DNA of 58,977 nucleotides, filler included. It is 6 parts of 6 records of this genome, joined end to end, with 100 filler letters (N's around TTAATTAATTAA, not from the genome) between each part and the next. Parts side by side here need not be neighbours in the genome. Positions count along the whole stretch, not along the records: positions 38,762 to 52,267 come from SRR31156797_30873; 5 more parts are not named here. One strand, given 5' to 3'. The notes beneath the pieces are model-generated. The model was not told the origin of the DNA and made no database searches. It saw only the letters and a list, made by a program, of their open reading frames with translations. Below are positions 38,662 through 49,358 of the stretch, in pieces. The position numbers and the translations under genes were made by a program. Numbering within the stretch: the stretch's first letter is position 1; each line of letters opens with the position of its first letter.

Positions 38662-38761
38662 NNNNNNNNNNNNNNNNNNNNNNNNNNNNNNNNNNNNNNN
38701 NNNNNTTAATTAATTAANNNNNNNNNNNNNNNNNNNNNNNNNNNNNNNNNNNNNNNNNNNN
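38662..38761. other. Artificial contig spacer
   Basis: N44-TTAATTAATTAA-N44. Confidence 0.98.
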
Positions 38762-38828
38762 AGAAAAACTCATAGACTTATATCTAAGAAAGCATTAAAT
38801 TGCAGACTATTAATAAGAAGGGAATCCT

Positions 38829-41150
38829 ATGGATAATAAAACCGGAAATGTGAATAATAATGTAGCTCAGAATTTTCACATTAAAGAAGAAAATGAGATT
38901 AACTTAAGATATTTGGTGCAAGTTGTAATGCAACGTATACACGTTGTGATCATCATGTTCCTCTTGATCTTTATTGGGACCATATTATATACGGTAAATC
39001 AATCAAAGGTATATATGTCGGAGACCCAGATATTAGTAGAGAACGGGAAAACCGCCGGTGGTGTTTTTGAACAAATGACCCCCTTTATTAATAATGATAT
39101 GGTTATCAATAATGAGATCCAGATCATCACATCCCGAACAATTGCGGAACGCACTGTAAATAGTCTTCTGGTAACATATCCGCTTGATTCATTATTTCTG
39201 TTCGATAGGGGTAGTCTGGTTGAAAATCAATCTTTTTCTACGAAGTTCAGGAAACAATTGAAAAGAATGTTCAAACGTGAAGAAGAAAAAGTTCTATCGA
39301 TCGACAGCAAGAAAAAGAATTATGTTAACAGGCTCCTGGGCAAGCTACAAGTTGAAACGGTAAGAGAAACACAAACAATTAATATATCAATTGAAAGTCT
39401 TGATCCTAATGAAGCTGCGATCATCTTAAATGAATTGGTTTTTCAATATTATGCCAATGATTTGGAAAGGGTCAGCAATGCCGCAGGTAAAGTTAGAAAC
39501 TTTCTTGAAGAACAGATCAATGACGTTGAACCTAAATTAGCAGCGATCGAAAAACATTTAAGTGATTTTCTGGAAGAAGAAGGTGTTGTCGATCTGGAAG
39601 AAAATGCAAAACAGCTTATTCAGAAATCAGCTGAATTTGAAGCTCAACTTTTTACAGCGAATGCAGAATTAAATATTGTACAAGACCAATTAGACTTTTT
39701 AATGGACCAATTAAGTGAAAAACAACAGCACGCGCTTAATAATAAGCTCCAGGTCGCCAATTCATTGATCATCCGTTTGCGGGAAGATATTGCAACTGAT
39801 GAAAAGAGATTAATGAAATATGATGAAAATGATGAAGGAGTATATACTCTAAAAAGAGAAATTGTAGAGAAAAAACAACGCCTGGAAGAAGAAACCTCAT
39901 TATTGATCCAATATGGATATTTACCAGGCGAAGTTAACCCTCTTGCAATTAACCAAACTATCATTGAGCAGATCGTAAAACTAGAGAGCCAGAAAGTCAG
40001 CCTTGAAACAAAAGCTGAAGAGTATGGAAAATTAAATGATTATTACAATAGTTTGATCGAAGAGATCCCTTCAACCAGTATTTCTTATATTCATTTGGAA
40101 AGAGAACGCCAAACACATGAACGTATCTATCTTTTAATGAAGGAAAGATATGAAGAAGCGCGTATTCAGGAAGCTTCTCAAATATCGAATGTTTATGTTA
40201 TCGATCCTGCAGTTCCCAAGCATGGCCCGATCCGGCCCAAGACCAATTTGAATATCCTTCTTGGCTTTATCTTTGGTTTAGCCGCCGGTGTAGGTGTGAT
40301 CTTGTTACGTGAATTCATGGATAATTCTATCAGAAGTAAAGAAGATCTGGAACGATTGGGTCTAACAGTTCTTGGTATTATTCCTTCAATGTCCATCGAT
40401 AAAGCTAAAAAAGTGCTTGATAAAAAATATTCAAGCAATGATGATTTCAGAAACCGACTTATTTCTCACTTTAAACCACGTTCGCCCATTTCGGAATCTT
40501 TCCGTTCATTAAGAACGAATTTGGAATTATCTGTTACTGATACTTCATATTCATCTCTTGTTGTAACATCTGCCGGAGCATCAGAAGGTAAATCAACCGT
40601 CATTGCGAACTTGGCGATCGCTTATGCCCAGTTTGGTATGAAAGTATTGCTGGTGGACGGTGATATGCGTAAGCCAACTATTCATAAGATGTTCTCTACG
40701 CCCAAGAAACCGGGTTTGGCGAATATGATCACAAAACGTTCGAAAATGGATGAATCTATTTTCAAAACCGAGATTGATAATCTTTATGTTATGCCTGCGG
40801 GAAGTTTACCTCCCAATCCTTCGGAACTATTAGGCTCCCGGGCAATGAAAGAACTCTATACTCAGCTGCATAAACAGTTTGACAAAATATTCTTTGATGC
40901 TCCACCTCTAATGGCTGTAACTGATGCCGCTTTATTGGGCTCAATGACACATGGTGTTCTTTTGGTAACACGTGCCGGTGAAGCTCAAAAAGAAGTTGTC
41001 GTTCACTTGCAGCAGGAAATGAAGAATACAAAGATCAATATTGCGGGTACCGTATTGAATGATGTTAATCCGAAAAATACTTCAAGTGGTTATTACTATT
41101 ATTACCAAAGATACTACTTCGATAAATACTACGGAGAAAACACAAAATAA
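38829..41150 (+). CDS. wzc: Polysaccharide co-polymerase / BY tyrosine kinase
   Basis: Two TM helices around a coiled coil, ESFRSLRTN, EGKST, LLVDGDMRKP, FDAPP, C-terminal Tyr cluster GYYYYYQRYY. Confidence 0.93.
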   Translation: MDNKTGNVNNNVAQNFHIKEENEINLRYLVQVVMQRIHVVIIMFLLIFIGTILYTVNQSKVYMSETQILVENGKTAGGVFEQMTPFINNDMVINNEIQIITSRTIAERTVNSLLVTYPLDSLFLFDRGSLVENQSFSTKFRKQLKRMFKREEEKVLSIDSKKKNYVNRLLGKLQVETVRETQTINISIESLDPNEAAIILNELVFQYYANDLERVSNAAGKVRNFLEEQINDVEPKLAAIEKHLSDFLEEEGVVDLEENAKQLIQKSAEFEAQLFTANAELNIVQDQLDFLMDQLSEKQQHALNNKLQVANSLIIRLREDIATDEKRLMKYDENDEGVYTLKREIVEKKQRLEEETSLLIQYGYLPGEVNPLAINQTIIEQIVKLESQKVSLETKAEEYGKLNDYYNSLIEEIPSTSISYIHLERERQTHERIYLLMKERYEEARIQEASQISNVYVIDPAVPKHGPIRPKTNLNILLGFIFGLAAGVGVILLREFMDNSIRSKEDLERLGLTVLGIIPSMSIDKAKKVLDKKYSSNDDFRNRLISHFKPRSPISESFRSLRTNLELSVTDTSYSSLVVTSAGASEGKSTVIANLAIAYAQFGMKVLLVDGDMRKPTIHKMFSTPKKPGLANMITKRSKMDESIFKTEIDNLYVMPAGSLPPNPSELLGSRAMKELYTQLHKQFDKIFFDAPPLMAVTDAALLGSMTHGVLLVTRAGEAQKEVVVHLQQEMKNTKINIAGTVLNDVNPKNTSSGYYYYYQRYYFDKYYGENTK

Positions 41151-41164
41151 ATTGTTGAACAACA

Positions 41165-41198
41165 TCAGCCCAGTTATCACAACTGGGCTGAATTCTTT
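41165..41198 (+). terminator. Terminator after wzc
   Basis: TCAGCCCAGTT-ATCAC-AACTGGGCTGA-ATTCTTT. Confidence 0.75.
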
Positions 41199-41231
41199 AT
41201 AATCGATTAAGCATGACAGGGACAGGGAACA

Positions 41232-42887
41232 ATGTCAACAAGCAAAACAAAGAAACAGTGGCTGGACACGACCTATAAAGCATTCTGCCAAAAAGGTGGC
41301 GAAAGGAACGAGGACTTCAAAACACTTTCAGGTGTGGAAATTGATCCTCTGTATACCCCCGAAAATATTGAAAATAATTATAATGATAAGATAGGCTATC
41401 CCGGTGAATATCCTTTTACCAGAGGTGTATACCCGACAATGTACCGAGGCCGGTATTGGACCATGCGTCAATATGCGGGTTTTGGTGATGCAAAACAATC
41501 GAACGAACGTTATAAATACCTTCTTGAAAATGGTCAAACAGGGCTATCCGTAGCTTTTGATCTGCCGACTCAGATCGGATACGATTCCGATGATCCCATT
41601 TGTGATGGAGAGGTTGGTAAGGTGGGAGTTGCCATTGATTCACTTGAAGATATGGAAGTTCTATTTGATAAGATACCTCTTGACAAAGTATCTACAAGTA
41701 TGACCATTAATGCTCCTGCGTCAGTTTTACTTGCTATGTACATGGTCGTTGCCGAGAAACAAGGTGTTTCACCTGAAAAACTTACGGGAACCATTCAGAA
41801 CGATATTCTCAAAGAATATATTGCTCGCGGCACTTATATATATCCACCTAACGCGTCTATGCGTTTGATCACAAATATTTTTGAATACTGCTCAAAGAAT
41901 ATTCCCAAATGGAATACGATCTCTATATCGGGATACCATATTCGGGAAGCCGGTTCAACTGCCGGTCAAGAGATCGGTTTTACATTGGCAGACGGTATCG
42001 CTTATACTGAAGCTGCGATCGAAGCCGGTATGGATGTGGATGCTTTTGCAGGCAGATTATCGTTTTTCTTCAATGCACACAATAACCTTCTGGAAGAAGT
42101 TGCGAAATTCAGGGCTGCACGACGTCTTTGGGCTAAGATCATGAAAGATCGCTTTGAAGCCAAAAAAGCGAAATCAATGATGCTGCGATTCCATACACAG
42201 ACCGGTGGATCAACACTAACAGCTCAACAGCCGGATAATAATATTGTTCGAGTTGCAATTCAAACTCTTGCGGCTGTGATGGGTGGAACGCAAAGTCTTC
42301 ATACCAATAGTAAAGATGAAGCATTAGCTCTTCCTACTGAAGATTCTGTTAGGATCGCGCTTCGTACACAGCAAGTAGTTGCGCACGAAAGTGGTGTTGC
42401 CCAAACGGTCGATCCACTGGCAGGCTCGTATTTTGTTGAGGCCTTAACAGATAAACTGGAAGCAGAAGCAGAAGCTTATATTAATAAAATTGATGAATTG
42501 GGTGGGATGTCTACTGCAATTGAACAAGGGTATGTTCAAAGAGAAATACAGAGAGAAGCTTATCGTTCTCAAAAAGAGATAGAAGACGACGAATGTATTA
42601 TCGTAGGTTTGAACAAATTCTCGATCAAAGAAGAAGCACCGAAGAATTTATTGAGAATTGACCGGCGAATTCAACATGAACAGATCGATCGTATAAAAAA
42701 ACTTAAATCACATAGAGATAATGATGCCGTTGCTAAAACTCTTTCAGATCTTAAGGAAGCATGTAAAGGTAAAGATAATCTGATGCCTTATATTGTTTCT
42801 GCTGTAAGGGAATATGCGACTCTTGGTGAGATATGTAATGTTATGAGAGACATATTTGGTGAATATAAAGAAAATATTGTAGTGTAG
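41232..42887 (+). CDS. Methylmalonyl-CoA mutase, substrate-binding (large) subunit
   Basis: [20 protein letters not shown] (Tyr) and KEYIARGTY (Arg) indicate MCM rather than isobutyryl-CoA mutase; no DxHxxG B12 domain. Confidence 0.93.
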   Translation: MSTSKTKKQWLDTTYKAFCQKGGERNEDFKTLSGVEIDPLYTPENIENNYNDKIGYPGEYPFTRGVYPTMYRGRYWTMRQYAGFGDAKQSNERYKYLLENGQTGLSVAFDLPTQIGYDSDDPICDGEVGKVGVAIDSLEDMEVLFDKIPLDKVSTSMTINAPASVLLAMYMVVAEKQGVSPEKLTGTIQNDILKEYIARGTYIYPPNASMRLITNIFEYCSKNIPKWNTISISGYHIREAGSTAGQEIGFTLADGIAYTEAAIEAGMDVDAFAGRLSFFFNAHNNLLEEVAKFRAARRLWAKIMKDRFEAKKAKSMMLRFHTQTGGSTLTAQQPDNNIVRVAIQTLAAVMGGTQSLHTNSKDEALALPTEDSVRIALRTQQVVAHESGVAQTVDPLAGSYFVEALTDKLEAEAEAYINKIDELGGMSTAIEQGYVQREIQREAYRSQKEIEDDECIIVGLNKFSIKEEAPKNLLRIDRRIQHEQIDRIKKLKSHRDNDAVAKTLSDLKEACKGKDNLMPYIVSAVREYATLGEICNVMRDIFGEYKENIVV

Positions 42888-42898
42888 GAGAGAGGTAA

Positions 42899-43303
42899 AT
42901 GGTTAAAAAGATCTCGCATATCGGAATTGCGGTTGTATCCCTGGAGGAACAGATACCCTATTACAGGGATGTTCTTGGATTGACCTACTCCGGTACGGAA
43001 ATTGTAGAAGATCAAAAAGTGAAGGTAGCTTTCTTTGATGTAGGTGATACGCGAATAGAATTGCTGGAAGCAACTGATGAAGAAAGTCCGATTGCAAAGT
43101 TTATTGCTAAAAAAGGTCAAGGTGTCCATCATATGGCTTATATGGTTGATGATTGCCAAATGGCCTTGAATACGATGGATGAAAAAGGTATTCGTTTGAT
43201 CGATACCAAACCAAGAGTCGGTGCCGGTGGCCATAAAATAGGTTTTTTACACCCTAAAACTACTTTTGGTATTCTAACAGAACTTACTGAGGAACATGAA
43301 TAG
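42899..43303 (+). CDS. mce: Methylmalonyl-CoA epimerase
   Basis: HIGIAV, QKVKVAF, IELLE, GVHHMA, FLHPK..GILTEL. Confidence 0.95.
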   Translation: MVKKISHIGIAVVSLEEQIPYYRDVLGLTYSGTEIVEDQKVKVAFFDVGDTRIELLEATDEESPIAKFIAKKGQGVHHMAYMVDDCQMALNTMDEKGIRLIDTKPRVGAGGHKIGFLHPKTTFGILTELTEEHE

Positions 43304-43320
43304 GGGGATTAGGAGAGACA

Positions 43321-44859
43321 ATGGATGAACTGAAACATTTACAGGAGATGCGTCGCGAAGCCCATATGGGTGGCGGCAGGGAACGTATAGACAAGCAACA
43401 TGAAAAAGGAAAAATGACAGCTCGTGAAAGAATTCATGCTTTGCTTGATCATGATTCTTTTGAAGAATTCGATACATTTGTAAAACATCGCTGCACCGAT
43501 TTTGGAATGGAGAAAAAACATTTCCTTGGTGATGGTGTTGTAACAGGTTGTGGTACGATCGATGGTCGCTTGGTTTATGTTTTTGCTCAAGATTTCACCG
43601 TTTTTGGTGGAAGCTTAAGTGAAACAGTCGCTAAAAAGATCGTTAAAGTACAGGAATTGGCAATGAAAATGGGTGCGCCGGTCATCGGATTGAACGATTC
43701 GGGAGGTGCTCGTATTCAGGAAGGCGTACTCGCCTTGAGCGGTTATGGCGATATTTTTCAAAAGAATGTTGAGGCCTCGGGTGTTGTACCTCAGATCTCG
43801 GCTATTTTAGGTCCTTGCGCCGGCGGTGCCGTTTACAGTCCAGCTATTACTGATTTTGTTATCATGGCTGAACATTCATCCTATATGTTCATTACCGGAC
43901 CAAAGGTGGTAGAAGCTGTGACCAATGAAAAGGTTACGGATGAACAGTTGGGTGGAGCAATGGTCCATGCGGCTAAATCCGGTGTGGCACATTTTGCCGC
44001 AGAGGATGAAAAAGAAGCAATTCTATTGATACGAAAGCTGATCTCCTTTATTCCTTCCAATAATATGGAAGAAACCCCTTTGCATTCAACGACTGATAAG
44101 ATCAACCGTCATTCTGATGTTTTGAACGATATTATACCCGAATCACCGAATTTACCCTATGATATGAAAGAGATCATTTATGAGATCGTAGATGACCAGG
44201 AATTTCTTGAAGTTCAGCGTCATTATGCTCCCAATATCATTATTGGGTATGGACGTATGAATGGTAGATCGGTGGGTATTATAGCAAATCAACCCAGTTA
44301 TCTTGCGGGTGTTCTGGATATCAAGGCCAGTATTAAAGCTGCAAGATTTGTTCGTTTTTGTGACGCATTCAATATTCCCTTGCTCACCTTAGTGGATGTA
44401 CCCGGTTTCCTTCCCGGTACAGCCCAGGAATACGGCGGTATTATCAATCATGGAGCTAAACTTATTTATGCCTATGCTGAAGCTACAGTACCTAAGGTAA
44501 CAGTGATCACCCGTAAATCTTATGGCGGTGCATATATCGTAATGAGTTCTAAACATTTGAATGGCGATATCAACTATGCCTGGCCAAAAGGTGAGATCGC
44601 TGTTATGGGTGCAGATGGTGCTGTCAACGTGCTTTATCGTCGTGAACTGAAGGATGATAAGGACGGTTCTAAAAAAGAAGAATTACTGAATGAGTACCGC
44701 GATAAATTCGCCAATCCTTTTGTAGCTGCCGAACACGGTTACATTGATGATGTGATCGAGCCCAAGAACACACGCTTTCGTGTGATCAGAGCATTTGAAA
44801 TGTTGGCTACAAAACGAGCGAACAATCCCATGAAAAAACACGGAAATATTCCTCTGTAA
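43321..44859 (+). CDS. mmdA: Methylmalonyl-CoA decarboxylase alpha (carboxyltransferase) subunit
   Basis: [44 protein letters not shown]; context with OadG/biotin carrier/beta. Confidence 0.9.
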   Translation: MDELKHLQEMRREAHMGGGRERIDKQHEKGKMTARERIHALLDHDSFEEFDTFVKHRCTDFGMEKKHFLGDGVVTGCGTIDGRLVYVFAQDFTVFGGSLSETVAKKIVKVQELAMKMGAPVIGLNDSGGARIQEGVLALSGYGDIFQKNVEASGVVPQISAILGPCAGGAVYSPAITDFVIMAEHSSYMFITGPKVVEAVTNEKVTDEQLGGAMVHAAKSGVAHFAAEDEKEAILLIRKLISFIPSNNMEETPLHSTTDKINRHSDVLNDIIPESPNLPYDMKEIIYEIVDDQEFLEVQRHYAPNIIIGYGRMNGRSVGIIANQPSYLAGVLDIKASIKAARFVRFCDAFNIPLLTLVDVPGFLPGTAQEYGGIINHGAKLIYAYAEATVPKVTVITRKSYGGAYIVMSSKHLNGDINYAWPKGEIAVMGADGAVNVLYRRELKDDKDGSKKEELLNEYRDKFANPFVAAEHGYIDDVIEPKNTRFRVIRAFEMLATKRANNPMKKHGNIPL

Positions 44860-44870
44860 AGGATCATAGG

Positions 44871-45272
44871 ATGAAAAAATACAGTACAGTGTTATTGATG
44901 CTATTAACTCCTTTCCTGATGCAGGCAGTTGGCATTCCGGAAGAGAACAAAAGCATGATCCTGACAATTACTTTGGTAGGCATCGCGATCGTTCTTGTTG
45001 CATTGGTTGTTGTCTCTGCATTTGTCGCGATCATGTCTAAACTCATCAATACAGCAGAAAATCAAGACGGTAAAAGAGTTAAGAAAATCAAAGAAGCTAT
45101 TATGTCCGATGAAGATGACAGAGCAGTTGCCATCGCGCTTGCGCTGCATCTTGAGAAAATCTCGATGGTAGAAGAGGAAAAAGCGATCCTGACGATCCAA
45201 AAAGTCATAAAACCTTTCTCCGGATGGAATAATAAAGCACTTGGGATGCGAGTTAATCCCAAGATAAGATAA
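44871..45272 (+). CDS. mmdD: Na+-translocating decarboxylase delta/gamma (OadG-like) subunit
   Basis: TM helix ITLVGIAIVLVALVVV, AVAIALAL motif, C-terminal SGW; operon position. Confidence 0.8.
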   Translation: MKKYSTVLLMLLTPFLMQAVGIPEENKSMILTITLVGIAIVLVALVVVSAFVAIMSKLINTAENQDGKRVKKIKEAIMSDEDDRAVAIALALHLEKISMVEEEKAILTIQKVIKPFSGWNNKALGMRVNPKIR

Positions 45273-45288
45273 ATCAAAGGTGTGCCTG

Positions 45289-45723
45289 ATGAAATCTTAC
45301 AAGATAAAAGTAAATAATAAAGATTACAGAGTGGAAATTGAATCCATTACAGATAATAAAGCCGATGTACTTTGCAATGATAAACGTTACGAAGTACTTT
45401 TTGAAGAAGCCACAGTTAAGACAAAGACACCGGTCATTGCAAGAAAAGCTGCCGTACCTGTTACTGATGTCAATACAGCATCACGTCAACCCGGTGCTAC
45501 TTCAAACAAGGTAGTAAAAGCTCCCATTCCGGGATTGATCATTGATATTCTTGTTAAAGTTGGAGATACGGTCAAGGGTGGTGAGGTTGTTGCAAAAATG
45601 GAAGCCATGAAAATGGAAAATAATATTTTAGCCTCCATTGATGGAAAGATAAAATCTATTGAGATCAAAATGGGCGATTCTGTTCTGGAAGGTGATGTAC
45701 TGATGGAGATGGAGGAAGCATGA
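45289..45723 (+). CDS. mmdC: Biotin carboxyl carrier subunit of the decarboxylase
   Basis: YKIKVNNKDYRVEIE, APIPG, EAMKMEN biotinylation motif. Confidence 0.92.
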   Translation: MKSYKIKVNNKDYRVEIESITDNKADVLCNDKRYEVLFEEATVKTKTPVIARKAAVPVTDVNTASRQPGATSNKVVKAPIPGLIIDILVKVGDTVKGGEVVAKMEAMKMENNILASIDGKIKSIEIKMGDSVLEGDVLMEMEEA

Positions 45724-46856
45724 ACATCCTGAATGAATTCATTTCTTATTCCGGTTTTGCCAATGCAACTTGGCAGCATCTTGTCATGATCATCATTGGA
45801 TGCGTGTTGATATATCTTGGTATTGCTAAGAAATATGAACCTCTCCTTTTGGTTCCTATTGGATTCGGTATTCTTTTGGGAAATATCCCTTTTTTACAAA
45901 ATGCCGGTCTTCAACTGGGAATTTATGAGGATGGGTCGGTCTTGAATTACCTCTATTTTGGTGTGATCAAAGGTATTTATCCTCCGCTGATCTTCCTGGG
46001 TATTGGCGCAATGACCGATTTTTCGGCTTTGCTTTCTAACCCTAAAATGATCCTTTTGGGTGCTGCCGCACAGATCGGTATTTTCCTGACCTTTTTCGGT
46101 GCCTCATGGCTAGGGTTCATGCCCGCTGAAGCAGGTGCTATTGGTATTATCGGTGGTGCAGATGGTCCTACCGCTATTTTCCTTTCATCCAGACTTGCAC
46201 CCCATTTAATGGGAATAATCGCTATATCAGCGTATTCTTACATGGCATTGGTGCCCATTATTCAACCGCCGGTCATGAAATTATTGACCACAAAAAAAGA
46301 ACGGGTTATAAAAATGAAGCCCGTTCGAAAAGTACCAAAAATTGAAAAAATACTATTCCCGATAATCGGTTTTCTCTTAACAACCTTTATTGCTCCTACT
46401 GCATTGCCGCTTCTTGGAATGCTGTTCTTTGGTAATCTATTAAAAGAATCGGGAGTAACTGAACGACTTGCAGATACATCCAGAAATTCAATTGTAAACA
46501 CTGTCAATATTCTTTTGGGTTTGACAGTAGGTGCTTCAACCCAGGCAGAATTTTTTCTGACTTGGAAGTCATTGGCAGTATTTGGACTGGGCGCCTTGTC
46601 ATTTATTATTGCTACGGCCGGTGGTGTTCTATTTGCAAAGTTCATGAATCTATTTCTTAAAAAAGACCATAAGATCAACCCGCTTTGTGGCGCGGCCGGT
46701 GTCAGCGCGGTTCCGGATTCTGCACGTGTTGTTCAACATGTAGGATTGGAATACGATAAAACAAATTATCTGTTAATGCATGCCATGGGTCCTAATGTTG
46801 CCGGAGTTATCGGTTCTGCAGTAGGAGCAGGTATTTTACTTGCCGTTCTTGGTTAG
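45720..46856 (+). CDS. mmdB: Na+-translocating decarboxylase beta subunit
   Basis: EPLLLVPIGFG, GIIGGADGPTAIF, AYSYMALVPIIQPP, HAMGPNVAGVIGSA. Confidence 0.95.
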   Translation: MNILNEFISYSGFANATWQHLVMIIIGCVLIYLGIAKKYEPLLLVPIGFGILLGNIPFLQNAGLQLGIYEDGSVLNYLYFGVIKGIYPPLIFLGIGAMTDFSALLSNPKMILLGAAAQIGIFLTFFGASWLGFMPAEAGAIGIIGGADGPTAIFLSSRLAPHLMGIIAISAYSYMALVPIIQPPVMKLLTTKKERVIKMKPVRKVPKIEKILFPIIGFLLTTFIAPTALPLLGMLFFGNLLKESGVTERLADTSRNSIVNTVNILLGLTVGASTQAEFFLTWKSLAVFGLGALSFIIATAGGVLFAKFMNLFLKKDHKINPLCGAAGVSAVPDSARVVQHVGLEYDKTNYLLMHAMGPNVAGVIGSAVGAGILLAVLG

Positions 46857-46865
46857 AGGTTATAA

Positions 46866-47744
46866 ATGAAGAGATTAGTCGATATTCATAATCATATTAT
46901 TTTTAATGTTGATGATGGTGCGCGCAATATTCAAGAATCCCTGAATATGTTGCAACAAGCTATAAAATATGGTATCACCGATGTAGTAGCAACTCCGCAT
47001 CAGTATGAAAATGATCAGGTTTCAGAGCATCATGAACGCCAAGATAAGATCATAGAAAATTTTAAAGAACTTCAGAAGAAAGTAGAGGAGGCAAAACTCC
47101 CCATTAAATTGCATTTGGGAGGAGAGCTTTATTATACAACCTATATAGTGAATGCTCCGGATGTAAAATATTTTACATATGGAGATCAAAAAAAATATGC
47201 GCTTATTGAATTTTCCATGAATTGGCATCCTGAAGGATATAAAGAAATATTTTATGAGTTGATACAAAATGGGATCACTCCCGTATTGGCTCATCCTGAA
47301 AGGTATGGCTATTTTTGGGAGATCGTTGAAGATATTATTGATCTTATCAAGATGGGCACAATTTTACAAATCAATGCCGGAAGTCTTCTGGGATATCAGG
47401 GAACTCAAGCCAGATTTGTATCGGAGATGCTATTAAAAGAAGGATTGGCACATGTAATCGCCAGCGATGCTCATAAACCCAGACGAGCAATGGGGTTTAA
47501 CATGGTCAGGGCGGTAAATGAGTATAAAGAAAAATACCCAAAGCTCGACATTGATAAATTAATATCTGATAATCCTTTGAAAATTATTCAGGGCGAGACT
47601 TTAGAAATTGATGAAGAACCCTGTTATAATTTTGATAAAAATAAACAATATAAACAGTGGCGAAAATTTTATTTTTTTCAGGATGTTTTGGGTATAGGCA
47701 ACAAAGCGAAGAAAAGAAAGCGGAAAAGATCTCGCCATTACTAG
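46866..47744 (+). CDS. PHP-type protein tyrosine phosphatase (CpsB/CapC/YwqE family)
   Basis: DIHNHI..VDDGA, ATPH, AHPERY, QINAGS, ASDAH. Confidence 0.92.
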   Translation: MKRLVDIHNHIIFNVDDGARNIQESLNMLQQAIKYGITDVVATPHQYENDQVSEHHERQDKIIENFKELQKKVEEAKLPIKLHLGGELYYTTYIVNAPDVKYFTYGDQKKYALIEFSMNWHPEGYKEIFYELIQNGITPVLAHPERYGYFWEIVEDIIDLIKMGTILQINAGSLLGYQGTQARFVSEMLLKEGLAHVIASDAHKPRRAMGFNMVRAVNEYKEKYPKLDIDKLISDNPLKIIQGETLEIDEEPCYNFDKNKQYKQWRKFYFFQDVLGIGNKAKKRKRKRSRHY

Positions 47745-47754
47745 TAGGTTTTTC

Positions 47755-48375
47755 ATGAAAATTGTAAAACACATATCAAAATTTGATTTTCGTCAAAATG
47801 GATACTTGCTCATCAAGAATAATGAAGCGCTTTTAATTGATCCGGGCGATGCTCCTGAGATTTTTATTAATAAGATCGAAAAAAGAGGCTTGAAATTGCA
47901 TGCGATTTTAGCGACACATGGTCATATTGATCATGTATATGGTGCAAAAAAGCTTTGTGAGCATTATTCGGTTCCCTTTGTTATGAATAAAAAAGATCAG
48001 GAATGGCTGAATGCTGTTGAGCTCATGTGCCAACAATTTAATGTGGAGTTTATTGGCACACCAAAGATCGATATTGATATTTCCGAACGGGATCGTATAA
48101 GCTTTGGTGAGATCGAACTGGAAATTCTACATACTCCCGGGCATACTCCCGGGTGTGTATGCTATCTTACTAATGATATATTGTTCAGTGGGGATACGCT
48201 TTTTTATCATTCGGTCGGCAGAACAGATCTTCCACGCTCAGATGGCGATTTATTAAAAAGATCTGTTATCGAAAAATTATTTGTGTTGCCTGATAATACG
48301 CTTGTTTATCCCGGACATTTTAATTCAACAACAATTGAAGAAGAAAAAAAGAATAATCCCTTTATAATATTATAA
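47755..48375 (+). CDS. MBL-fold metallo-hydrolase (glyoxalase II-like)
   Basis: THGHIDH, HTPGHTPG, SGDTLF..SVGRTD, YPGH. Confidence 0.92.
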   Translation: MKIVKHISKFDFRQNGYLLIKNNEALLIDPGDAPEIFINKIEKRGLKLHAILATHGHIDHVYGAKKLCEHYSVPFVMNKKDQEWLNAVELMCQQFNVEFIGTPKIDIDISERDRISFGEIELEILHTPGHTPGCVCYLTNDILFSGDTLFYHSVGRTDLPRSDGDLLKRSVIEKLFVLPDNTLVYPGHFNSTTIEEEKKNNPFIIL

Positions 48376-48392
48376 TCCAACCGGAGATCAAG

Positions 48393-49358
48393 ATGGACAA
48401 AATACTTATTATTGGTGCCGGCGGACAGATCGGTACGGAATTAACGACCTATTTGCGTAAAGAATATGGCGAAAAAAATGTGATCGCATCTGATATTCGA
48501 GCAACACTTCATGATGATCTGATGGAAAGCGGTCCCTTTATTAGAATGGATGCCATGGACAGTCGCCAGGTATATCAGGTTATTCAGAAAGAAAGAGTTA
48601 ATAAGGTCTATTTTTTGGCAGCTATTCTTTCTGCCGTATGCGAAAAGAACCCTGAAATGGCTTGGGATATTAATATGGGAACGCTGAATTCCGTATTGAG
48701 AGTTGCCCACGAATTAAAATTTAAAATGTTCGTTCCTTCTTCTATCGGTGCCTTTGGTAGAACAACACCAAAAGATAAAACACCTCAGCTGACAATTCAA
48801 CGTCCGAACAGTATCTATGGAGTAACAAAAGTTGCTGCTGAACTTCTGTGCGATTATTATCATGATAGGTATGGTATTGATGTTCGTGGTGTGAGATTTC
48901 CCGGGATCATTTCCAATGTGGTGCCACCGGGTGGCGGTACGACGGATTATGCCGTTGACATCTACCATAAAGCAGTGAAATTTAAAAAATACACGTCTTA
49001 TTTAAGTAAAAATACCTGTCTCGATATGATGTATATGCCCGATGCCCTGAAGGCTGCCGTTTCTTTGATGGAGGCAGAACACGATAAACTGAGATATCAT
49101 AATTCTTATAATATAACATCCATGAGTTTTTCACCGGAAACACAGGCCGAAGCGATCAAAAAGATAATTCCGGAATTTACGATTGATTATGATATTGATC
49201 CCGTTAGACAAGGTATTGCAGACACATGGCCTGATCAAATGGATGATACGGCTGCCCGGGAAGACTGGGGCTGGAAACCCGATTATGATCTGGATACAAT
49301 GAGCAAGGATATGATAGACGTCCTGAGTAAACGCTTTTCAGGAAAGGATACGAAATGA
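48393..49358 (+). CDS. tdh: L-threonine 3-dehydrogenase (SDR / UDP-galactose epimerase-like)
   Basis: IGAGGQIG, PSSIGAFG, YGVTK, PGGGTTDYAV; overlaps kbl (ATGA). Confidence 0.88.
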   Translation: MDKILIIGAGGQIGTELTTYLRKEYGEKNVIASDIRATLHDDLMESGPFIRMDAMDSRQVYQVIQKERVNKVYFLAAILSAVCEKNPEMAWDINMGTLNSVLRVAHELKFKMFVPSSIGAFGRTTPKDKTPQLTIQRPNSIYGVTKVAAELLCDYYHDRYGIDVRGVRFPGIISNVVPPGGGTTDYAVDIYHKAVKFKKYTSYLSKNTCLDMMYMPDALKAAVSLMEAEHDKLRYHNSYNITSMSFSPETQAEAIKKIIPEFTIDYDIDPVRQGIADTWPDQMDDTAAREDWGWKPDYDLDTMSKDMIDVLSKRFSGKDTK

